Positions 29,341-36,691 of a DNA stretch of 64,000 nucleotides are shown piece after piece. Source of the DNA: Candidatus Cloacimonadaceae bacterium (GTDB taxonomy: Bacteria; Cloacimonadota; Cloacimonadia; Cloacimonadales; Cloacimonadaceae); contig CAXXDU010000002.1 in NCBI GenBank assembly GCA_963667535.2, positions 655,243 through 719,242 of the forward strand, in the 5' to 3' direction. A program made the position numbers and the translations under genes. Under the pieces are notes generated by a model. That model made no database searches and was not told the origin of the DNA. It worked only from the letters and a program-made list of their open reading frames with translations. Numbering within the stretch: the first letter of the stretch is position 1; each line of letters starts with the position of its first letter.

Positions 29341-32300
29341 TTATAGTTTCGACCATTCCGGGAATTCCTCATTGTTTAGGATGTTGTCAACAATATCCGA
29401 TAAATACTCTGGGATCTCTAGAGAGTTACTTTGTTTTGCTTTTTTGATTTTCTCAGCAGTAGTTTTTGCTAATGACCTTAATTCAGGATGACCAAGGGCT
29501 AGCTTGATATGGTCACCATAATGGTCTTTCCCATATGTTTGTTTAATTCTCTGTATTACTTCTGATTTCCAGTTTTCAAGGATACTTTTACATACACCTA
29601 TAATTATTGTGGGTTTTGATAGGTAACAGTATAAAGTGCATGTAATATTGCAGCGATTTCTACTATTCCAGTTGCGAATATTATCTAAGCTGCAAGATTC
29701 CCAACTTTGAATATTGTGAAACGGTATTTTTAGTAAATTAATATATCGTCTAAAAAATAACTTGTCATTGCGACTAGAGTGAAAATCATCAAATATTTTA
29801 TCAACAATTTCTATAATAAAATCAGGATATTTATCCTCTGATCCATAACAGCTAAGTGAGGTATATACTAATGGCCATGGCTCCATTTGCCAGTTATTAA
29901 GATAATGATCTGCGCTACTTCTCTTTATATGAATATCATCCGCAACAACTAATGCAGATAGTACTACAACTTGTGGTACCACATTATAGAAATTAGGTAC
30001 TGCAAGTACTTCATTAGCTTTAGATTTCCCAAAATTGTTGTCCTTTAAGATATTTAGTGCTGTTGACACAACATCTTGACGTAATTTAACATAGAAATCA
30101 GGTACTGAAAGTACTTCATAAGCCTTAGTTTCAACTATTTCGTCATCTTTTACAATGCTCAATGCTGTCGTCACTATACCAGGAGCAATTCTATTATAGA
30201 ATTCTGGTACCGAAAGAATTTCGTTAGCTTTAACTTTCCCGTTGTCACTATCTTTTACAATGTTCAATGCTGTTGCTACAATATCATTACGAATTTTTAA
30301 ATAGAATTCTGAAACTGCAAGTACTTCATTAGCTTTAACTATTCCTATGTCATCATCTTTTACAATGTTCATTGCTGTCGCAACGATATCATTAGAAATT
30401 TCAGAATAGAATTCTGAAACTGATAGGATATCATTAACTTTAGCTTTCACACTGTCATTATTTTTTAAAATATTCAATGCTGTTGTCACAATATCAGGTG
30501 GGATTTTATAAAAGAATTCTGATACCGAAAGGACTTCATTAGCCTTTACTTTTCCAATGTCATCATCTTTAACAATGTTCAATGTAGTGGTGACGATATC
30601 ATTACGTATTTTTATGTAGAATTCTGATACCGAAAGGATTTCAATAGCCTTTGCTTTTCCAATGTCATCATTTTTTACTATGTTCAATGCAGTCGTAACT
30701 ATATCATTATGTATCTTTATGTAGAATTCTGATACCGAAAGGACTTCAACAGCCTTTGCTTTCCCAACTTCATCATCTTTTACAGTGTTCAATGCTATGG
30801 TTACAATTTCATTTGGTACCTTGTTAAAAAATTCCATTTTCGAAAGTATATTGATAGAATCTTTTCTTATTTCACCAGTAACACACATTTTTACATATCT
30901 TCTCCACAGGACTGGATGATATATATTCACACTATTAAGGACTGCGATATATTTGTATATTTCAATTGCAGTTAAGCCAAGCTTGGGCAAATAAGACAAA
31001 TAATGCGGAACAGTATTTTTTTTATTATAAAATAATTCATCAATATATGCCCGCCTTTCTTTATTATCATTAAATAACTGGGTTTCATATTCAAGGAATG
31101 TTTTCAAAACTATTGATGCTGAGTACTCATCTCCAATATTTGTAATTAAGTTTAACAGCTTCTTCTTTATGATATCAGAATACGGTTGCCAATCATCTAA
31201 TTCAACTTTTGAGAGAACCCGTTCTGCCAAGATGTCATGATTAAAATGAACAAGGCTAATATTGAGGAATTGCTTGTCATTACTATCAAAATTACTTAAA
31301 TTTATGTAACGCTTAAGAATGCTTAATGCTTCATCATCAAAATCCCAATTATGAAAATAGGTGCTTATCTCACTATTACCATTAAAGAAATCTGCAATTT
31401 TTAAAAAAGTGTCATAACTTATAAATATCTTATGATCAGCGTAAACACAACTCCAATAATGCAAGGCTTTTGCGAAACCTAATAATGCACTCTCTATAGA
31501 TTGATATTTTGTCATTTGCTTAAAATCATATCTAGCTATTTTTCTAACTGTGTTTTCTAGACTGTTTAGATCTATTTCATTATAATCAATGCGATTTTCA
31601 TTTACTCCCACTATAGCAAATAGAATAAGAAATAGAGATGTATGATAGCTACTACGATCTTTTAAAACTCTATCTGAAGCATCCTTCCATTCTGGATAGT
31701 TTTCAAGTATTTGCTCAATTATTTTTTGATTTTCACTTTCCATTAGTTCGAATATGTTATCCCGATTGTATAAATAAAGCAGATAGCTTTTTCCAGATAT
31801 ATCTCTATCACCAATCACCAATCTCATATTACTAATGGACTGCGATTGTTTCAACAGAGCTTCGCCCAAAAATTTATTGTCAATTCCGACAAGTCTATAC
31901 CAATCTTCAACGAAAACCAAATATTTATTATCAATATCAGATTGAATTATATTTAATGAGTTATCTAAAAACATGCTAAGCTGAAAATCTTGTACCCATA
32001 TTACAACAAAGTCAGATTCTTCAGATAGCTCTATAGCCAATCTACGTAATAATGTGGATTTACCACAGCCACCAGTTCCATATACTATAGCAGCAACTTT
32101 GTCTATTGTGTATTTGTCGAAAGCCTTTAACACTTCAAGCTTCAATTTAGGGTATAAACCCCTTCCAATATCAAAGTTATTTAAAACTCCAAACCATTGG
32201 CAGTTATCATCTTGTTTAGCTGAATAAAACTTAGCTTTGGTAAATTGTGTCCCGTTTTTAATCTTATCCATAAACCCATGGTCAATGGTAAGTGCGCCAG

Positions 32301-33156
32301 CAAGGTTTATTTCGATGATTTTATTCCGGTTATCTTTTAGAAACTGAAGGAATAACTCAGTTCCTAACTTTCCATTATTATCTTCGAGTTTTATAAAAGT
32401 ATAATCGTTATTATAAAACTCGGGTTTTTCTTTTACATCATCATTATATAAATCAAAATGGAATATTTTGATATTATTTCTTTTTAATCCTGCAAAGAAT
32501 TTGGAAAAAACTACCTGTTCGTTGAACTGAGTTCCGACAATGATTAAATTTTTTCCACTGTCATTTACGTTACCATAAAGTACATTAAAGCAATTGTGCA
32601 TGCTATTGTATAACTTTCCATAAGATGAAGACGTAAATACGATTTGGTCAATTGATTGAAATCCATCTATGGTTCCATGAATATGGTAAATGCAGCTTTC
32701 ATGCTCACCTGTTGATTTATCTGGATATGATATAATTGGATACTTTATAGTTCGAGACTTATCTTTTATTACTTCTAAAACATTATCGAAATTAAAAGTA
32801 AAAATATTGTACCAATTGGGAGTCAATAAATTTGCATACAGTAGATAATTAAATTTGCTTTTGTCTACTTTAAAAAGATTACAAAATGCCACTAATAAGC
32901 TGCTGTCATCTCTGATTAATCTTTCCCAGATTGCAGCGGCAGCTTCGTATGTCTCTACCTTTTTTTTGAACTTATCGTTTGTATGCGATACAAATTGCTT
33001 CGATGTCGGGATTGACTCAAATTCGGTACTTTGATTTTGAATACCATAACTGAATCCAGCACCCAAAATGAGGATGTATTCACCCTTTTTTAATCCTTCG
33101 AAGAAATCGGCATCACTAGCTAATTCTAACAGGGTTTTTTCTTTAATTCCGATCAT
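29341..33156 (-). CDS. SIR2-like domain, P-loop NTPase and 9 x 35-aa repeat protein (candidate STAND-type antiviral NADase)
   Basis: SIR2_2-type motifs in order: ILILGAGFSYG (aa 27-37), FTFNFDNVLE (119-128), IYHIHGT (156-162) and LIIVGTQFNEQ (204-214). Walker A GTGGCGKST (aa 360-368, nt 32053-32079) and Walker-B-like LVFVEDW (413-419). Tandem repeats at aa 771-1085. The gene is markedly AT-rich. Confidence 0.8.
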   Translation of the reverse strand: MIGIKEKTLLELASDADFFEGLKKGEYILILGAGFSYGIQNQSTEFESIPTSKQFVSHTNDKFKKKVETYEAAAAIWERLIRDDSSLLVAFCNLFKVDKSKFNYLLYANLLTPNWYNIFTFNFDNVLEVIKDKSRTIKYPIISYPDKSTGEHESCIYHIHGTIDGFQSIDQIVFTSSSYGKLYNSMHNCFNVLYGNVNDSGKNLIIVGTQFNEQVVFSKFFAGLKRNNIKIFHFDLYNDDVKEKPEFYNNDYTFIKLEDNNGKLGTELFLQFLKDNRNKIIEINLAGALTIDHGFMDKIKNGTQFTKAKFYSAKQDDNCQWFGVLNNFDIGRGLYPKLKLEVLKAFDKYTIDKVAAIVYGTGGCGKSTLLRRLAIELSEESDFVVIWVQDFQLSMFLDNSLNIIQSDIDNKYLVFVEDWYRLVGIDNKFLGEALLKQSQSISNMRLVIGDRDISGKSYLLYLYNRDNIFELMESENQKIIEQILENYPEWKDASDRVLKDRSSYHTSLFLILFAIVGVNENRIDYNEIDLNSLENTVRKIARYDFKQMTKYQSIESALLGFAKALHYWSCVYADHKIFISYDTFLKIADFFNGNSEISTYFHNWDFDDEALSILKRYINLSNFDSNDKQFLNISLVHFNHDILAERVLSKVELDDWQPYSDIIKKKLLNLITNIGDEYSASIVLKTFLEYETQLFNDNKERRAYIDELFYNKKNTVPHYLSYLPKLGLTAIEIYKYIAVLNSVNIYHPVLWRRYVKMCVTGEIRKDSINILSKMEFFNKVPNEIVTIALNTVKDDEVGKAKAVEVLSVSEFYIKIHNDIVTTALNIVKNDDIGKAKAIEILSVSEFYIKIRNDIVTTTLNIVKDDDIGKVKANEVLSVSEFFYKIPPDIVTTALNILKNNDSVKAKVNDILSVSEFYSEISNDIVATAMNIVKDDDIGIVKANEVLAVSEFYLKIRNDIVATALNIVKDSDNGKVKANEILSVPEFYNRIAPGIVTTALSIVKDDEIVETKAYEVLSVPDFYVKLRQDVVSTALNILKDNNFGKSKANEVLAVPNFYNVVPQVVVLSALVVADDIHIKRSSADHYLNNWQMEPWPLVYTSLSCYGSEDKYPDFIIEIVDKIFDDFHSSRNDKLFFRRYINLLKIPFHNIQSWESCSLDNIRNWNSRNRCNITCTLYCYLSKPTIIIGVCKSILENWKSEVIQRIKQTYGKDHYGDHIKLALGHPELRSLAKTTAEKIKKAKQSNSLEIPEYLSDIVDNILNNEEFPEWSKL
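29902..30846 (-). repeat. Nine head-to-tail 105-bp (35-aa) coding repeats
   Basis: Consensus LSVSEFYxKIxNDIVTTALNIVKDDDIGKxKAxEV. Register checked at nt 30741 (repeat 2 start) and nt 29901 (first residue after the array). Confidence 0.95.
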
Positions 33157-33859
33157 GCGAATTTTAGCAATGTGCCATGATTTGATTGTAAACGCGAGTT
33201 AATTTTTGAAAGAAATTAAAATCTGATGTACTTTGTTTGACATCAATTATCATTAGTCAACCTTATATATTTACTTATTAATTCTATAGCAACAAGTATT
33301 CCCATTTTGTCAATCAATTATTCTTGTACTCATTCTCTATACAGGTTAATAACAGCATCACCAATATTGCGCATCTAGTCAAAATAAATTTATAAAAATG
33401 ATGTTCTACTTTTAAAGAAAAGAATAATCATCCTCTCTCCTTATTGCATGATTACTTGCTGTTGGGTAAACGCTGGGACTTTCCCTGGTTACCTGACTAA
33501 GGAAAGTCCAGGCAGTGTACCTTCAATAAGCCAGATTAGCCTAACAGCTTATTAGGTTTATTGAAGAATTATAAATTATCAATTATAAATTATGAATTGG
33601 TTGCTGGTGTCTTTCAATCACGAATTACTAATTAAGAATTACAAATTAACTGAGGTGATAAGGTGATATGGTTGACTCCATAACGTTCCCCTCTTATCTC
33701 TTAAACGATCCGTTGGATATTGGTGAGAGATGTAAGGGGTATATAAGGGCTTTTGCCTTAGATACCCCTTAGAAACCCCTTTGATATCTGTAGGATCTAT
33801 TAACCAATGAATAATTAAGAGAAAAAGTACTACAGACACTCATGTCTGTCCGTGGAAAA

Positions 33860-34168
33860 ATGTAGTTCTGCCTTCAGGCAGGTTTATAGACTTAGACATC
33901 GATATATATGATTCAGACCTGCATAAAAAGGTTGTGTGAAAAAGCCAAAGGAAGAGCATTGCCGGAGTTCAATTTGCCCTCTTTAGCTTTCAGCATGCAT
34001 CTTTGTGTTTGGGCAAATCGGACTTCGGAATGCGTTATCTGTAAAGGTTTTAGCTGAAGTCCGAAATTCCCTTTTACCTTCCTTACTATATTTCAAATGA
34101 CGAGGGAATTTTGAACTCCAGCTATTCGCTTATTCATTTTCGCACAGTCTCTAAATGCAGAACTACAT
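33860..34168. repeat. 309-bp element with 12-nt terminal inverted repeats (REPIN/MITE-like)
   Basis: ATGTAGTTCTGC at 33860-33871 and its reverse complement at 34157-34168. Partial second copy at 3411-3557. Confidence 0.7.
33964..34119. other. Predicted perfect four-way junction (cloverleaf-like) of unknown function
   Basis: Helix A 33964-33972/34111-34119, B 33973-33979/34011-34017, C 34019-34026/34056-34063, D 34064-34071/34104-34111. Loops of 31, 29 and 32 nt, with 0-1 unpaired nt at the junction. Confidence 0.55.
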
Positions 34169-34643
34169 ATTCTTCGTATAATATAAGTAATCAGTCTTAC
34201 TATTATCTTAGTAGCCCCTTGGTAGATGATTACTACTTTTAGTAAGCATCTACCAGGAGAGTATTCATATATAAGCAGTTACGATTACTTGTAGTTTTAA
34301 GTGGAAAGGTGGAACAGTGGAACGATGTCTGTATCACAGAAGACACGGAAAAGAAAGCTAGCCAATTCATAATTTGCACCTTCGTTGCTTGTTTCCTGCT
34401 TATTCAATCCGCAGGAGCAAGGGCAGAGATACACGGCTCATATACGGGTCGCACCCGTAGATGAGCCGTTTATCACCAGTGCATCTCTTGTGTATCCTAT
34501 AAGGAATGAATTAGTAATCTAAGAGAATGAAATGGTCTTGCTACTCTTTCTGTAAATTAGATACATCGGTAAAGAGAAAATCCTTGACTCTATTGAACAT
34601 AGATTAATTAAGTAAAATCGAATATTGTCCATGAGAGGAATTT

Positions 34644-35117
34644 ATGAAATCAGGCTGGATTGTACTTTTGCTCTTATTATTAGTTACCTCTTTGTCTGCT
34701 CTTACTATTGATGAACTAATTGACATTACTTTGAGTGTGAGTGAATTTGGGCACCTTGGAGAACAAAAGTGTTTGGTTTCCAGTCAAATTAATCTGGAGG
34801 AGCTACCCACTGAGGAAGAAGCATTAGCATACCTAACGGAGGTTGGTGGACTACTCGCGGTTATTTATCAAAATCCTGAGGCTTATAAAATGACTTCCAA
34901 CTCAGAGCGTTTAAAAGATATACCCTTTGTATGTTGCCCTTATTCTTCCTATGATTACAAATTCTTAGCCTGCATCAATATGGGTGAACTTCGTTACAAT
35001 TTATTGATAAATCCAAAAAAGGATGAAAATACCCCGGCACGTTATAACCAAAATTATGAATTTGTGAAGAAATGGCACACTACATTATTGATGTCCGCAT
35101 ATACGCCGGATGAATAA
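34644..35117 (+). CDS. Small secreted protein, paralogue of 38948-39424
   Basis: Signal peptide MKSGWIVLLLLLLVTSLSA after GAGAGGA. Shares ...YL.(E/D).G...A(I/V)..N...YK.T...E......CPY...D....A.I......Y with the second copy. Confidence 0.55.
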   Translation: MKSGWIVLLLLLLVTSLSALTIDELIDITLSVSEFGHLGEQKCLVSSQINLEELPTEEEALAYLTEVGGLLAVIYQNPEAYKMTSNSERLKDIPFVCCPYSSYDYKFLACINMGELRYNLLINPKKDENTPARYNQNYEFVKKWHTTLLMSAYTPDE

Positions 35118-35177
35118 ATAAGATTGCCTCAATGAAGCCCTACGCTACCATTTCACCGTTACACTGTTTCATTAGTT

Positions 35178-35258
35178 CTGTTTTTTTCTGTAAATTCTGT
35201 GGTTAGTTTTCTAAATCGATATCCATTAGAGCAAAACCGCGTAAACGCGGTACTACAT
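35178..35258 (-). repeat. REP-like hairpin plus ACAGAA module (inverted orientation)
   Basis: The reverse complement reads ATGTAGTACCGCGTTTACGCGGTTTTGCTCTAATGGATATCGA..AACCACAGAATTTACAGAAAAAAACAG. Same family as 39593, 40383 and 41369. Confidence 0.7.
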
Positions 35259-35328
35259 GCACGCAAAATTGAAGAGACTGCACATGGAGACAAAGAGGGA
35301 AAAGGGAAATAAGAATTATATCTATAGG

Positions 35329-36456
35329 TTATTCAAATATCCGGAGATATGCTCCGAATTTGTAAACTCTTTTCCAGTTCTTGCCGGTCATTTCTTCCAG
35401 AATACCCAATTTCTGAAAGTCATTGATTAAACCATAAGCAGATACGAGAGACAGAGAGGTAATTTCTGAAACATCAGCAGGGGTAACAACCGGCTTACTG
35501 AATAAGTAATTAAGCAGTTTCTGACCTGAGAGTAATTTTTTTCCCAGATTTGGCAATAACTCTGATTCGCAGATTTTCTTCAATTCCAGAATGTTTTTTA
35601 TGCCGTCTATAGCTTTTTGACAGGTTTGACTCACACCGATTAAGAAAAAAGCCAGCCAGCCATGCAAATCCTGAGCTGTTCTGGTTCTATTCAAATAGTC
35701 ATAGTATAGAGCCCGATTGGTTTCGAAATACTCTGATAAATACAAGGCAGGCTTGTTTATCAATCCATCGGAAATGAGATATAAAACAATCATTAATCTA
35801 CCGATTCTTCCGTTTCCATCCAGGAAAGGATGGATAGTTTCGAACTGGTAATGAGCAATGGCAATCTTGATTAAATGTGATAGACCGGTTTTTTCATTAT
35901 GCAGAAACTTTTCCAAATCACTCATCAGTCTTTCAACTTCATAACCCGGAGGTGGTACAAACATAGCGGTTTTAATAGTTGAGCCGCCAATCCAATTCTG
36001 GCTTTTACGATATTCTCCGGGGTTTTTATGCTCGCCTCTGACCCCTTGCAAAAGTATTCCGTGAGCATTTCTCAATAATCTGGTGGATAGAGGCAAAGTG
36101 CGAAGCATATTTATACTCTCATTCATCGCTTGTATATAGTTTTGAACTTCCTTCCAGTCGTCACGACGTTCAAAAGCAATGTTCATTTCCGATAGCATAG
36201 CTTCTTCCATGTTAGTTTTTGTGCCTTCGATTTTGCTGGACAACGTAGCTTCTTTAACTACGTGTAACATGATAAAGTGGTCAATATCGGGAACCAACTC
36301 ACTATAAGCCTTTAGCTCTCCCAGCTTGAGATTTGCAGTCTCATTTAATTGCATCAGTTCAGCATTCTCAAACCTGTAACAACGGTTTATTGTATTAGGT
36401 GTAAATGCTTGATAATCATCGATTTTAACATACTTGCCTGCATTGAAATCCTTCAT
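35329..36456 (-). CDS. Fic-family protein (class II, intramolecular inhibitory helix)
   Basis: Fic motif HPFLDGNGRIGR (aa 209-220, nt 35797-35832). N-terminal inhibitory motif SSKIEG ((S/T)xxxE(G/N)). C-terminal wHTH-like tail. Confidence 0.9.
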   Translation of the reverse strand: MKDFNAGKYVKIDDYQAFTPNTINRCYRFENAELMQLNETANLKLGELKAYSELVPDIDHFIMLHVVKEATLSSKIEGTKTNMEEAMLSEMNIAFERRDDWKEVQNYIQAMNESINMLRTLPLSTRLLRNAHGILLQGVRGEHKNPGEYRKSQNWIGGSTIKTAMFVPPPGYEVERLMSDLEKFLHNEKTGLSHLIKIAIAHYQFETIHPFLDGNGRIGRLMIVLYLISDGLINKPALYLSEYFETNRALYYDYLNRTRTAQDLHGWLAFFLIGVSQTCQKAIDGIKNILELKKICESELLPNLGKKLLSGQKLLNYLFSKPVVTPADVSEITSLSLVSAYGLINDFQKLGILEEMTGKNWKRVYKFGAYLRIFE

Positions 36457-36691
36457 TGTATCCTCTTGCTTGGAAAACCTTAAATTTTCTATATACTATT
36501 TAAGGTTACCGTGTGTAAACTTAAAATACTGTCAAGAAATTTTAAGTTTGAGAGGGATTATGAGATATGCAGGTTTGGAAACCTATACTACATGGTGTCT
36601 ATAGCGTTTCCTGCGACAAAAGCAAAGATTTGGATCCCGTCCTTCGACTAAGCTCAGGATGACTTAAACGGTATGACGGCGGAACGGAGTT

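Noticed and set aside
29192-33860. Prophage or integrative-element boundaries for the AT-rich island
   Set aside because: There is no integrase, no tRNA target and no flanking direct repeats that I could find. Only the composition shift supports foreign origin.
33964-34119. tRNA or tmRNA-like cloverleaf
   Set aside because: The arms are 7-9 bp and the loops about 30 nt. There is no T-loop GTTCRANYC, no anticodon-loop geometry and no acceptor or CCA features. The resemblance to a tRNA is only topological.
33157-34643. Retron-type ncRNA (msr/msd) partnering the NTPase gene
   Set aside because: No reverse transcriptase ORF lies anywhere nearby, and I could not define the a1/a2 repeat and conserved branching-G context.
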